DNA from: an uncultured Deinococcaceae bacterium
Lineage (GTDB): Bacteria > Deinococcota > Deinococci > Deinococcales > Deinococcaceae
Direction of reading: 5' to 3'
Assembly: GCA_964252075.1 (NCBI GenBank)
Contig: CAXULY010000041.1
Coordinates: 1-49,803 of the forward strand
DNA: 49,803 nt
Below, piece after piece: positions 33,085 to 42,615 of the stretch. Each line of letters begins with the position of its first letter. Position 1 is the stretch's first letter. The position numbers and the translations under genes are program-made. A model generated the notes under the pieces. It did no database searches, had not been told where the DNA came from, and saw only the letters and a program-made list of their open reading frames with translations.

Positions 33085-33618
33085 ATGCATGCACGCCGCA
33101 CCCTGATGCTCGCCGCGCTCCTTGCTGTCACGCCCGCCCTCGCGCAGGGCCAGCCCCCCAGTTACGCCGGGCCGCAGGCCGTGGTGTTCCTGCCGGACAA
33201 CTCCGATGAGTTCCACCGCGCGCTCGCGCAGGCCATGATGGCCAGCAAGTACTTCCGGGTGGTGCGCAACGCCGACCCCGCGAACCTCGACGTGAGCGCC
33301 GACATCACCGACACCGGGAATGGCGGCAGCGTGTGCCTGCCGTTCGTGGGGTGCATGGGCGGCAGCAACGTGAAGGCCCGCCTGGAGTTGCGGGACAGCG
33401 CGACCGGCACCATCCTGCGCACGGACAGCTGCGACGGCTCCAGCACCAACTACAGCACGTGGGGGTACTGGTACGGCGGGTTCAGCGCCAGCAGCGGCAC
33501 CGGGCAGGCCGCCGCGGACTGCGCAGGCAAACTCGTGCAGGCCCTGATCGGCAGCAAGGAAATCCAGCCGTACCTGAAGCTCGCGCCGGACGCCCCCACC
33601 CCCGCCACACGGCAGTAG
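33085..33618 (+). CDS. Hypothetical exported protein with four Cys
   Basis: Signal peptide ending ALA; GGAGG RBS; TATGCT -10 at 33043. Confidence 0.7.
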   Translation: MHARRTLMLAALLAVTPALAQGQPPSYAGPQAVVFLPDNSDEFHRALAQAMMASKYFRVVRNADPANLDVSADITDTGNGGSVCLPFVGCMGGSNVKARLELRDSATGTILRTDSCDGSSTNYSTWGYWYGGFSASSGTGQAAADCAGKLVQALIGSKEIQPYLKLAPDAPTPATRQ

Positions 33619-33651
33619 GCCACGCTGCGCGCCGCCCCCTACACTGGGTGG

Positions 33652-34293
33652 GTGCACGCCTGGATTCTGGTGGACGGCCGCCTCACCCCGCCCGCGCGCG
33701 TCACGGCGGCCCCCCCGGACCTCGTGGTGGCCGCCGACGGGGGCCTGCGGCACGCCGACACCCTCGGCGTGCGCGTGGACGCCTGGGTGGGGGACTTCGA
33801 TTCCTCCGCCGGCCTGAGCAGTGCCGCGCCGCGCGAGACGCACCCGCGCGACAAGGACCAGACGGACGCGGAACTCGCGCTGTCGCTCGCGCGGCAGCGC
33901 GGCGCGACCTCCGCGGCGGTGTGGGGCGCCTTCGGTGGGCGCTTCGACCACACGCTCGCGCTCGCGCTGCTGGCCGTGCGGGAGAGCGCGGCGGGCTTTC
34001 CCATCACGCTGCACAGCGGCGACGAGGCGGGATACCCACTGCTGCCCGGCGCGCCCGTGACGGTGGAGGCCGTGCCGGGGCAGACCATCAGCGTGCTGGC
34101 CCTCGACGACTTGACGGGCCTCAGCATCACGGGCGTGCGTTGGCCACTGAACGGCGCGCGCGTGCCATACGGCAGCGGGTGGACCGTCTCCAACGAGGCG
34201 CTCGGCGGACCCGTGCGGGCGAGCGTGGAGGCCGGGCGGGCCCTCCTGATGAGTGGGCGCTCAGACGCGTCCCAGGCGGGCGTGCCACAGTGA
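33652..34293 (+). CDS. thiN: Thiamine diphosphokinase
   Basis: AADGG, WVGDFDS, KDQTDAELAL, GGRFDH, TVSNE motifs. Confidence 0.93.
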   Translation: MHAWILVDGRLTPPARVTAAPPDLVVAADGGLRHADTLGVRVDAWVGDFDSSAGLSSAAPRETHPRDKDQTDAELALSLARQRGATSAAVWGAFGGRFDHTLALALLAVRESAAGFPITLHSGDEAGYPLLPGAPVTVEAVPGQTISVLALDDLTGLSITGVRWPLNGARVPYGSGWTVSNEALGGPVRASVEAGRALLMSGRSDASQAGVPQ

Positions 34294-34296
34294 GGG

Positions 34297-35325
34297 GTGA
34301 CGCGAACCCGCGCCCTCCTCTGCACCCTGCTGCTCAGCACCCCCGCCGCCGCCCTGCCCGCGCAGGCCAGCATCGGCACCGTGCGGCATGAGTACCAGCG
34401 CCTGAACAACTGCGGTCCCGTCACGCTCGGCATGATTATGAGCCACTGGGGCGGTACGCTGGACCAGTACGACATCGCGCCGAAACTCAAGCCGAACAAG
34501 GCGGACAAGAACGTCTCGCCGGATGAACTCGCGGGGTTCGCGCGCGCGCAGGGGTACGCCGCCTTTCAGGGCGTCGCGGGTGACCTGAACACCGTGAAGG
34601 CCCTCGTGGCGGCGGGCTTCCCGGTGATCGTGGAGACGTGGTTCGTGACGGGCGAGGAGGGCGGCATGGGCCACTACCGCCTCGTGAACGGCTACGACGA
34701 CGCGAAAGGTGAACTGCGCGCGCTGGACTCCTACTACGGTCCCAAGGTCACCATGCGCTACGCGGACTTCACGCGCCTGTGGCGCGGCTTCGGGAACACC
34801 TACCTGGTGATCGCGCCGCGCGCCAAGGCCAGTCAGGTGCGCGCGCTGCTGGGCGCGCAGGCGGACCCGAAGGGCATGTGGCGCCGGGCGCTCGCGCTGG
34901 CGCATCGGGACGCGGGGGCGACGCCGCAGGACGCCTTCGCGTGGTTCAACCTGGGCACCGCGCAGCTGCGCTCGGGCGACGCGCGCGCCGCCGCCGTGAG
35001 CTTCGACCGCGCGCGGCACGTGACGCCGGACGCGCGCCTCGACCCCACGCGGCCCGCGCGGGCGCAGGGCGGGCTGCCGTGGCGCATGCTGTGGTACCAG
35101 TTCGGGCCGCTGGAAGCCTACGCGCGCGTGGGGCGCCACGAGGACGTGATCGCGCTGACGAACGGCGTGCTGCGCGACGCGCCCGACCTTGAGGAGGCGC
35201 TGTACTGGCGGGGCCGGGCGCACGCCGCGCTGGGCCGCACCGCGCAGGCGCGCGCGGACCTGCAGGCAGCGCTGCGCCTGCGCCCCGGTTACGCCGCCGC
35301 GCGCGACGCGCTCAGCCGCCTGTAG
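34297..35325 (+). CDS. Exported C39-like cysteine peptidase domain plus TPR repeats
   Basis: QRLNNCGP (Cys), GHYRLVNGYD (His), DSY (Asp); C-terminal TPR motifs. Confidence 0.8.
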   Translation: MTRTRALLCTLLLSTPAAALPAQASIGTVRHEYQRLNNCGPVTLGMIMSHWGGTLDQYDIAPKLKPNKADKNVSPDELAGFARAQGYAAFQGVAGDLNTVKALVAAGFPVIVETWFVTGEEGGMGHYRLVNGYDDAKGELRALDSYYGPKVTMRYADFTRLWRGFGNTYLVIAPRAKASQVRALLGAQADPKGMWRRALALAHRDAGATPQDAFAWFNLGTAQLRSGDARAAAVSFDRARHVTPDARLDPTRPARAQGGLPWRMLWYQFGPLEAYARVGRHEDVIALTNGVLRDAPDLEEALYWRGRAHAALGRTAQARADLQAALRLRPGYAAARDALSRL

Positions 35326-36202
35326 CGGACAGCGCCGCCTCGATCTCCGCGCGGGTCGGCATCGCGGCCTGCGCGCCCAGGCGCGTGCACGCGAGCGCCC
35401 CCGCGACGCCCGCCGCGCGCAGCGCGTCCGGCAGCGCGTGTCCCGCCGCGAGCCACGCGGTGAGCGCCCCGCAGAAGGTGTCGCCCGCGCCCGTCGTGTC
35501 CACGACCTCGACCGGGTGCGCGGGCTGGCGCAGCGCGCCCTCCGGCGTCACCGTGAGGCTGCCCCGCGCGCCGAGCGTCACGACCACCGCGCGCGGGCCG
35601 CGCGCCAGCAAGGTTCGCGCGGCGGCCTCCGCCTCGCCGGGCGCGAGCGCCGCGAGTTCCCCCTCGTTCACGATCAGGTAATCCAGCGCCCTCAGCAACT
35701 CCGGCGCGAGGGGCCGGGCAGGCGCGGCGTTCAGCAGCACCGTTCCCCCCGCCGCCCGCGCGCGCTGCGCGGCGGCCAGCACGGTTTCCACACGGATTTC
35801 CTGCTGCATCAGCACGTGAGTGAAGGCGGTGAAGTCCGTGGGCAGGTGCTCGGGACTCAGGCGGGCGTTCGCGCCGCCCGACACCGTGATGCTGTTCTCC
35901 CCACCGTCCGCAACCGTGATGAGCGCGAGGCCCGTCGCGGCGTCCAGCTCACGCAGCACGGAGCGGTCCACGCCCGCCCCAGCGAGCGCCGCGTGCACGG
36001 TGGGCGCGAAGGCGTCCCGGCCCACTGCTCCGCAGAAGGTCACGCCCGTCCCCGCGCGCGCGGCCGCCACCGCCTGATTCGCGCCCTTCCCGCCCGGCAG
36101 CAGCGCGTAATCGCCGCCCAGCACCGTCTCGCCGGGCCCCGGCGCGTGCGGCGCGCGCACGATCAGGTCCGCGTTCGCGGAGCCCACCACCAGCACGCTC
36201 AC
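35312..36202 (-). CDS. rbsK: Ribokinase (PfkB family)
   Basis: GSANAD, GGKGANQAVAAAR, NEGE, VDTTGAGDTF. Confidence 0.9.
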   Translation of the reverse strand: MSVLVVGSANADLIVRAPHAPGPGETVLGGDYALLPGGKGANQAVAAARAGTGVTFCGAVGRDAFAPTVHAALAGAGVDRSVLRELDAATGLALITVADGGENSITVSGGANARLSPEHLPTDFTAFTHVLMQQEIRVETVLAAAQRARAAGGTVLLNAAPARPLAPELLRALDYLIVNEGELAALAPGEAEAAARTLLARGPRAVVVTLGARGSLTVTPEGALRQPAHPVEVVDTTGAGDTFCGALTAWLAAGHALPDALRAAGVAGALACTRLGAQAAMPTRAEIEAALSATGG

Positions 36203-36474
36203 GCGTCCTCCACGGTCAGGGAGCGCAGGGTCTCGCCCTGGTGCCAGCCGAACTGCGGGTTGCGGTACCCCAGGACCTCCGCAATGGCCCGCGCGTGCGC
36301 GTGATCCGGTTCGCCCTCCAGCTGGAACAGCAGGAAGCGGCTCCCCTCCCCGGAAATGCGGATAAAGAGGTCCTCGCCGAGTTCCAGTTGCTGCGTGCGG
36401 CCCGTCTGGTGCGCGCGTTCCTGCGCGCGGCGCAGCAGGTCACGCACGCGGACCGTGACGGTGGGGTTCGACAC
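36199..36474 (-). CDS. Hypothetical protein (91 aa)
   Basis: Fills the gap between TetR and rbsK with coupled start/stop; plausible codon usage. Confidence 0.65.
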   Translation of the reverse strand: MSNPTVTVRVRDLLRRAQERAHQTGRTQQLELGEDLFIRISGEGSRFLLFQLEGEPDHAHARAIAEVLGYRNPQFGWHQGETLRSLTVEDA

Positions 36475-36475
36475 G

Positions 36476-37051
36476 TCAGGCCTTCAGGCCGCCCAGCAGC
36501 ATGTCCGCGAACTGGTCGGCGATCTGCGGCGCGGTGAGGGGGCCGCCCGCGCGGTACCAGCTGTACGTCCAGTTGATGCTGGACAGCACGAGGTACGCGG
36601 TCATCTTGATGTCGAGGTCCGGCTTGAAGGCGCCCTTCTGCACGCCCTCGCGGATCAGGTCGCGGTAGAAGGCGTCAATGGTGTCGCGCCAGTCCGTGAC
36701 GCGCTGGTACGCTTCGGGCGCGAGGTGCTGCCACTCGTGGAAGAACACCGTGGCGCTCTCCAGGTTCTCGCTGACCACCGTGAGGTGGCGGCGCATCGCT
36801 TCGCGCAGCTTGTCCTCGGGTGCCAGGGGCGCGTCGCGCAGCGGCAGGAGGGCCGCATCGAACTGCCGCGCGGCATGGTTCACGATCTCCACGAGGAGTT
36901 CGTCCTTGCCGCTGATGTGCGCGTACAGGCTGCCGCCCTGCATGCCGAGTTCACTCGCGAGGTCGCGCATGCTGGTGGCATGGTAGCCGCGCTCGCTGAA
37001 CAGGCGGCTGGCGACCTCGTAAATCTGCTCGCGCCTGGACTTGGCGGTCAC
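36476..37051 (-). CDS. TetR/AcrR-family regulator (PaaR/KstR2-like)
   Basis: [41 protein letters not shown]-domain; start reassigned to GTG 37051. Confidence 0.9.
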   Translation of the reverse strand: MTAKSRREQIYEVASRLFSERGYHATSMRDLASELGMQGGSLYAHISGKDELLVEIVNHAARQFDAALLPLRDAPLAPEDKLREAMRRHLTVVSENLESATVFFHEWQHLAPEAYQRVTDWRDTIDAFYRDLIREGVQKGAFKPDLDIKMTAYLVLSSINWTYSWYRAGGPLTAPQIADQFADMLLGGLKA

Positions 37052-37194
37052 GGCGCCCACCCGGTCGGTGCCAAACAAACGCTCATGCGGCTGGTGCCCA
37101 TGCGACAAAGTGTAGCATCCACGCGAAGGGCGCCCGGAGGTCCCGCTGGTGGGGCGCCACACGTTCAAATGGCGTTTCGTACTATGTTGGGCGC

Positions 37195-38265
37195 ATGACC
37201 GTGAAGTCCGCTCAGGGTGGCGTGCGCGAGGCCGTGCGCCGCACGCCCGCCTACCCCTTTACGCCGATCGACGCACCCGTCAAGCTCGACCAGAACGAAA
37301 GCGCCCTGGATTTTCCCGAGGACCTGAAGGGCCTCGCGCTGGAGCGGGCGGCCGCGCGACCCTGGAACCGCTATCCGGACCTGCACGCGGACACCCTGCG
37401 CGAGCGCATCGGGGCGTTCGAGGGCTGGGACCCGGCGGGCGTGGTGGTGACGCCGGGCAGCAACGTGATCATCAAACTGCTCACGGAGATGGCGGGCATC
37501 GCGCAGACGGTACTGACCCCCAAGCCGGGTTTCAGCGTGTACGAACTGGAGGCGTCCATGCTGGGCGGTCGCCTCGTGCAGCCCGCCCTGAACGAGGATT
37601 TCAGCCTTCCCGTGGAAGCGCTGGAAGCGCACCTGCGGGCGGACGCGCCGGGCATCTTCTACCTCACGCAGCCGCACGCGCCGACCGGGCACGCGGAGTC
37701 ACCGGAGACCGTGCGGGCCCTCGCGGACGCCGCGGGGGACGGCTGGGTGACGGTGCTGGACGAGGCGTACCACCAGTACGCCGGCACGGATTACAGGGAC
37801 GTGGTGCGGGCACGCGAGAACCGCCTGAGCGTGCGGACCCTCTCCAAGGCGTGGGGGCTGGCGGGCCTGCGGTTGGGGTACGCCCTCACAAGTCCGGCGC
37901 TCGCGACGGAACTGCAGAAGCTGGTGTCGGCCTTCAACGTGAACGCCCTGACGCAGGCGGTGGTGGAGGTGGCGCTGGAGCACCCAGGCTACGTGCGGGA
38001 CCGCGCGCAGGCCGTCATCGCGGAGCGCGCGCGGGTGCTCGCGGTGCTGCAGGCGCACCCCAGCTGGGTGACGTACCCGAGCGCTGCGAACTTCCTGCTG
38101 GTGCGCACGCCGGACGCGGACGCCGCCTACCGGGGCCTGCTGGCGCGCGGGGTGCTGGTGCGCCGCCAGGACAGGCTGCCGGGCCTCACAGGGTGCCTGC
38201 GCGTGAGCGTCGGGCTGCCAGAGGAGAACGACCGCTTCCTGGAGGCGGCCCTCAGCCTGCCGTGA
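37195..38265 (+). CDS. hisC: Histidinol-phosphate aminotransferase
   Basis: [34 protein letters not shown]-lysine motif. Confidence 0.9.
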   Translation: MTVKSAQGGVREAVRRTPAYPFTPIDAPVKLDQNESALDFPEDLKGLALERAAARPWNRYPDLHADTLRERIGAFEGWDPAGVVVTPGSNVIIKLLTEMAGIAQTVLTPKPGFSVYELEASMLGGRLVQPALNEDFSLPVEALEAHLRADAPGIFYLTQPHAPTGHAESPETVRALADAAGDGWVTVLDEAYHQYAGTDYRDVVRARENRLSVRTLSKAWGLAGLRLGYALTSPALATELQKLVSAFNVNALTQAVVEVALEHPGYVRDRAQAVIAERARVLAVLQAHPSWVTYPSAANFLLVRTPDADAAYRGLLARGVLVRRQDRLPGLTGCLRVSVGLPEENDRFLEAALSLP

Positions 38266-38302
38266 ACGCTAAGGAGGCGTGACCCTCCCCAGCCCACACG
38301 CG

Positions 38303-38336
38303 AGAACGCCCCGTCATAAACGGGGCGTTCTTCTTT
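38303..38336. terminator. Terminator hairpin between hisC and tRNA-Asn
   Basis: AGAACGCCCCGT-CATAA-ACGGGGCGTTCT followed by TCTTT. Confidence 0.8.
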
Positions 38337-38410
38337 GGCTCGGCAGGTAGGGATCGAACCTACGACCATTCGATTAACAGTCGAACGCTCTACCTCTGAG
38401 CTACTGCCGA
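38336..38410 (-). tRNA. tRNA-Asn (GTT)
   Basis: 75-nt cloverleaf TCGGCAG..CTGCCGA-GCCA, anticodon loop CTGTTAA, T-loop TTCGATC; promoter TTGCAC-17-TATAGT upstream. Confidence 0.97.
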
Positions 38411-38494
38411 CCACGCTGATCGCTCAGCGAAGGGAACTATAGCAGAGGGTCCGAAACCGTGCAAGACCCACAAAGGGCGCCTGAAGCGGGCGCC

Positions 38495-39436
38495 CTAGAC
38501 CTCCGCGAAGACGCCCATCTGCCGAAAGCGCTGGGCGCGTCCGGCGCGCAGGGCCTCAGCATTCTGGCCGCTCAGTGCGTCGAGCTGGCGGCCCACGGCG
38601 TCGCCGAGCAGGACCGCGGCGGCTTCCGGGTCGGCGTGCGCGCCGCCCTGCGGTTCCGCCACGACTTCCTCGATGAGGCCGAGGCGCAGCAGGTCCGGTG
38701 CGGTGAGTTGCAGGGCCTCGGCGGCCTCCGGGGCCTTCGCAGCATCGCGCCACACGATGCTGGCGCAGCCTTCGGGCGAGATGACGCTGTACCAGGCGTT
38801 CTCCTGCATGATGACGCGATTCCCGACGCCGATGGCGAGCGCGCCGCCGCTGCCGCCCTCGCCGATCACGGCGCACACGGCGGGCACGTCGAGGCGCACC
38901 ATGCGCTGGATGCTCTCCGCGATGGCCCAGCCCTGCCCGCGCTCCTCGGCCTCGATGCCGGGGTAGGCGCCTTGCGTGTCGATGAGCGTGACGAGCGGCA
39001 GCTTGAAGCGGTCCGCGAGGTCCATGAGGCGCGCGGCTTTGCGGTAGCCTTCGGGGTTGGCGCTGCCGAAGCGGCGGCGGATCTTGCCTTTGGTGTCGCG
39101 GCCCTTCTGCTGTGCGAGCAGCATGACGGGGCGGCCCTGCCAGCGGGCGGGCCCGCCGATGAGGGCGGGGTCGTCGCCGAAGACGCGGTCGCCGTGCAGT
39201 TCCGTGAAGTCCGTGCACAGCCGCTCGATGTAGTCGAGGGCGGTGGGGCGGCCCGGCGCGCGTGCGAGTTGCACGCGCGCCCAGCGGCCGGGCGTTTCGG
39301 TGCTGGCGTGCTTGAGGGCTTCGAGCTTGGCGCGCAGCGGCGTGAGTTCCGCGTCGAGGCTCTGGCCGCTGCTGCGCGCGAGCGCTTCGAGGTCGCGGAT
39401 CTGGCGTTCCAGGCCGGGGATCAGTTCGCGGCTCAC
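38495..39436 (-). CDS. accA: Acetyl-CoA carboxylase carboxyltransferase alpha subunit
   Basis: [35 protein letters not shown]. Confidence 0.96.
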   Translation of the reverse strand: MSRELIPGLERQIRDLEALARSSGQSLDAELTPLRAKLEALKHASTETPGRWARVQLARAPGRPTALDYIERLCTDFTELHGDRVFGDDPALIGGPARWQGRPVMLLAQQKGRDTKGKIRRRFGSANPEGYRKAARLMDLADRFKLPLVTLIDTQGAYPGIEAEERGQGWAIAESIQRMVRLDVPAVCAVIGEGGSGGALAIGVGNRVIMQENAWYSVISPEGCASIVWRDAAKAPEAAEALQLTAPDLLRLGLIEEVVAEPQGGAHADPEAAAVLLGDAVGRQLDALSGQNAEALRAGRAQRFRQMGVFAEV

Positions 39437-40311
39437 GCGGGCACGTCCTGGGCGGGCTGGGGGGCGTGGTGGCGGGTCATGAGGAGGCTCAGGAGGCGGG
39501 CGAGCACGGTGCGCTGTTCGCGGCGGTCCGTGACGAGGTCCACCATGCCGTGCTCCAGCAGGAACTCCGCGCGCTGGAAGCCGTCGGGGAGGTTCTGGCG
39601 GATGGTCTGCTGGATGACGCGCGGCCCGGCGAAGCCGATGAGCGCGCCGGGTTCCGCGATGATGACGTCCGCGATGGTGGCGAAGCTGGCCGTCACGCCG
39701 CCCGTGGTGGGGTCGGACAGCAGCGAGATGTAGGGGAGGCCCGCGCGGGTGAGCGCTTCGAGCGCGACGGTGGTTTTCGCCATCTGCATGAGGGACAGCG
39801 CGCTCTCCTGCATGCGGGCGCCGCCGGACGCGGCGACCAGCACGAGCGGCAGGCCCTCTTCGGCGGCGTGCTCGGCGATGCGCGCGATCTCCTCACCGAC
39901 GACGCTGCCCATGCTGCCGCCGGAGAAGTCGAAGTCCATGATGGCGACCGCGATGGGTACGTCCTCGATGCGGCCCGTGCCGGTGAGGATGGCGTCCGGG
40001 CGTCCGGTTTTGGCCTGGGCGCGGCGCAGGCGCTCCGGGTAGGCCTCGGTGTCCACGAAGTGCAGGGGGTCTTCGGGGTGCACGTGGCCGCTGCGCTGCG
40101 CGAAGCTGCCCTCGTCGAGCAGCAGTTCGGCGCGCCGCGTGGCGTTCAGGCGATGGTGGTGGCCGCACTTGGGGCACACCATGAGGTTCGCCTCTAGGTC
40201 GCGGTTGTAGATGTTCTGCTTGCACTGCGGGCATTTGCTCCACAGCTCGGGCACGTCCGTCTCGGCTGCCGCCTGCGGCCTCCTGCGGCGGAAAATTCGG
40301 TCGAGCGCCAC
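39433..40311 (-). CDS. accD: Acetyl-CoA carboxylase carboxyltransferase beta subunit
   Basis: Zn finger [35 protein letters not shown] 40311 with AAGGAG RBS. Confidence 0.96.
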   Translation of the reverse strand: MALDRIFRRRRPQAAAETDVPELWSKCPQCKQNIYNRDLEANLMVCPKCGHHHRLNATRRAELLLDEGSFAQRSGHVHPEDPLHFVDTEAYPERLRRAQAKTGRPDAILTGTGRIEDVPIAVAIMDFDFSGGSMGSVVGEEIARIAEHAAEEGLPLVLVAASGGARMQESALSLMQMAKTTVALEALTRAGLPYISLLSDPTTGGVTASFATIADVIIAEPGALIGFAGPRVIQQTIRQNLPDGFQRAEFLLEHGMVDLVTDRREQRTVLARLLSLLMTRHHAPQPAQDVPA

Positions 40312-40461
40312 TGTTGTCTCCTTTGGGGCGGCTTGCGCCGCACTTCGGCGCATTCTAGCCCCATTGCGCTTCGGTCGTCTTGCACCGGGTCAAGTGGGGG
40401 GCGCAGAGGGAATTCATGAGCGCCACACGTGACTATCGCATCCTGATACTCAGGAGCCGAT

Positions 40462-40803
40462 ATGCATGATGACCCTGGCAAAGGCAACCTCTTCAAGGGC
40501 AACCTCGACCTGATCCTGCTCTCCGTGCTGGAGGGCGGCGAACGCTACGGGCTGGAGATCGGGAAGGAGGTCGGGGCGCGCACGCAGGGGTACTTTCAGC
40601 TGAACGCCGGCAGCCTCTACCCGGCCCTGCACCGCCTGGAGCGCGCCCGCTGGGTGCAGGCGGAGGAACGCCAGCCGCCGCGCGGCGGTCCCGCCGTGCG
40701 CTACTACCAGCTCACGCCCGCGGGCCGCGCCGAGCTGGCGCGGCGGCGCGACACCTACGGCCGCTTCGACCGCGCCCTGCGCGCCCTGTGGGAGGGCGCG
40801 TGA
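40462..40803 (+). CDS. PadR-family transcriptional regulator
   Basis: LFKGNLDLILLS..YGLEI..GSLYPALHRLE..YYQLT..G. Confidence 0.93.
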   Translation: MHDDPGKGNLFKGNLDLILLSVLEGGERYGLEIGKEVGARTQGYFQLNAGSLYPALHRLERARWVQAEERQPPRGGPAVRYYQLTPAGRAELARRRDTYGRFDRALRALWEGA

Positions 40804-41123
40804 GCGACCTGGAGCGGTACCTGCGGCGCGCCACGCGCGGCCTTCCCGCCCAGCAGCAGCGCGCCGTGCAGGCCGAACTGCGCGCCAACCTGCACCAGCT
40901 GACCCTGGACCATCAGGTGCGCGGCGCCACGCCCGAAGAGGCGCTCGAACGGGCGCTGCGCGACTTCGGCCCGGCCGCCAGCCTGCAGCGCGGCCTGCAC
41001 CAGGTGCACACCGTCCCGACCGTCCTGCGCGGGGCGCTGGCCGTGCTGGCGCTCGCAGGCGGCGCGTACGCGGCGGCCAGCGCGCTGCAGGCCGCGCCCA
41101 TCACGCACGGAGCGCGCCCTTGA
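40800..41123 (+). CDS. Permease-prefix (HAAS-like) domain protein with one C-terminal TM helix
   Basis: LERYLRRATRGL....V.AEL..NL....G...EEAL..AL.DFG pattern; GTGA overlap with PadR. Confidence 0.8.
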   Translation: MSDLERYLRRATRGLPAQQQRAVQAELRANLHQLTLDHQVRGATPEEALERALRDFGPAASLQRGLHQVHTVPTVLRGALAVLALAGGAYAAASALQAAPITHGARP

Positions 41124-41902
41124 CGGCGCTCCCCGGGCGGCGGGCGGGCGCGGGTCGCCCCGCAAAGCCCTGGTGGCGGGAGTGGCTGGAGGCCATCGCC
41201 TTCGCGCTGTTCGTCACGACCTTCGTGGTGAGCGGCGTGCACGTGGACGGCGCGAGCATGATGCCGAACCTCCGCAGCGGGGAGCTGGTGCTGGTGCCGA
41301 AGGCGCTGGGGTGGCTGCGCGCGCTGGGTGTGGGGGAGTACGCGCGCGGGGACATCATCGTGTTCAAACCGCCCGCCGAGGCGAGCGGCGAGTGGCGGGA
41401 CGCGCCCATGAACCTGTGGCGGTACCAGCCGTTCCTGATCAAGCGCGTGATTGGCCTGCCGGGCGATCAGGTGCGCGTGCAGGGGGGCGAGGTGTGGGTG
41501 AACGGGCGGGCGCTCGACCAGTCCTTCATCACCGATTACTGGCGGGCGCAGGGCTGCTGGGACACCCGCAGTCTCATCGCGAACCACGCGCAGAACGACA
41601 TCGAGTACCCTTTCGTGCCGAACGCGCAGGCCTTCACGGTACCCGCCGGGCGCTACTTCGTGATGGGCGACAACCGCAGCGCGAACGGCAGCGAGGACTC
41701 GCGGCTGTTCGGGACGGTGGCGCGGCGCGACATCGCGGGTCCCGCCGCGATCAGCGTGTGGCCCCTCACGCGGTCCGCGCAGGCGGACGTGAACTGCCGC
41801 TACATCGGGCCGCGGCCGCAGGATCAGGTGCGCTTCTCCGGGCTCCAGCGGTGGAACCCGCGCCTGCTCGGCCCGCCCGCCAGCCTGCGCGCCGCACCGT
41901 GA
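41120..41902 (+). CDS. lepB: Signal peptidase I
   Basis: GASMMPNL (Ser), RGDIIVF, IKRVIGLPGD (Lys), MGDNR...SEDSR. Confidence 0.92.
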   Translation: MTALPGRRAGAGRPAKPWWREWLEAIAFALFVTTFVVSGVHVDGASMMPNLRSGELVLVPKALGWLRALGVGEYARGDIIVFKPPAEASGEWRDAPMNLWRYQPFLIKRVIGLPGDQVRVQGGEVWVNGRALDQSFITDYWRAQGCWDTRSLIANHAQNDIEYPFVPNAQAFTVPAGRYFVMGDNRSANGSEDSRLFGTVARRDIAGPAAISVWPLTRSAQADVNCRYIGPRPQDQVRFSGLQRWNPRLLGPPASLRAAP

Positions 41903-41944
41903 TTTCTGGAGGCGCGCCGGGAGGCCCGCTGATACACTTCTCGG

Positions 41945-42556
41945 GTGAGCACCCAGATTCAGCGCGTGGTGGTGGCGACCTCCAACGCAGGCAAGGTACG
42001 CGAGATTGCGGAGGCGCTGTCTCCGCTGGGCTGGGAGTTGCTGCCGCTCGGCCCGGTGGTGCTGCCCCCCGAGGACGGCGCGACCTACGAGGAGAACGCC
42101 GCCCTGAAGGCCTGCGCGGCGGCCCTGCAGACGGGCCTGCCCGCCCTGGCGGACGACAGCGGCCTGGAGGTGGCGGCCCTGAACGGCGAGCCTGGCATTT
42201 ACACCGCCCGCTTCGGGAACAGGGACAGCGACCTGGAACGCAACCTGTACCTGCTGGAGCGCCTCAAGAAGGCCAGGGACCGCCACGCGAAGTTCGTGTC
42301 GGTGCTGGTGCTGGCGTACCCGGACGGGCACCTGGAGCACTACCGGGGTGAGGTGGAGGGCGAGATTCTGGAGGGCCCGCGCGGCGAGGGCGGCTTCGGC
42401 TACGACCCGCTGTTCCTGCTGCCGGAGGGGCGCAGCATGGCGGAGCTGAGCGTGGCGGAGAAGCGCGCCACATCGCACCGCGGGCGGGCGCTGGCGGCGC
42501 TGATGGACGCGCACCGCAGCGGCCCCCCGCAGCGGGAAGTGCTGACGCTGGAGTAA
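41945..42556 (+). CDS. rdgB: Non-canonical purine NTP pyrophosphatase (Ham1/RdgB)
   Basis: ATSNAGK, ENAALKA, DDSGL, GFGYDP, SHRGRA. Confidence 0.95.
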   Translation: MSTQIQRVVVATSNAGKVREIAEALSPLGWELLPLGPVVLPPEDGATYEENAALKACAAALQTGLPALADDSGLEVAALNGEPGIYTARFGNRDSDLERNLYLLERLKKARDRHAKFVSVLVLAYPDGHLEHYRGEVEGEILEGPRGEGGFGYDPLFLLPEGRSMAELSVAEKRATSHRGRALAALMDAHRSGPPQREVLTLE

Positions 42557-42615
42557 GGCAGACGAAAAGCGCGCCGCGACCCGTGGGTCGCGGCGCGCTT
42601 TTCGTCTGCTTTACT
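42552..42615. terminator. Bidirectional terminator / long palindrome between convergent rdgB and dppC
   Basis: Perfect 25-bp inverted repeat with internal A4/T4 tracts. Confidence 0.85.

Noticed and set aside
37182..37198. Possible DdrO/RDRM radiation-response box (CTATGTTGGGCGCATGA); also a half-site at 33042
   Set aside because: Several mismatches to the palindromic consensus, and better explained as -10 elements
38336..38410. tRNA-Asn as an integration site for an island
   Set aside because: No integrase, no duplicated tRNA 3' end seen, and housekeeping genes on both sides
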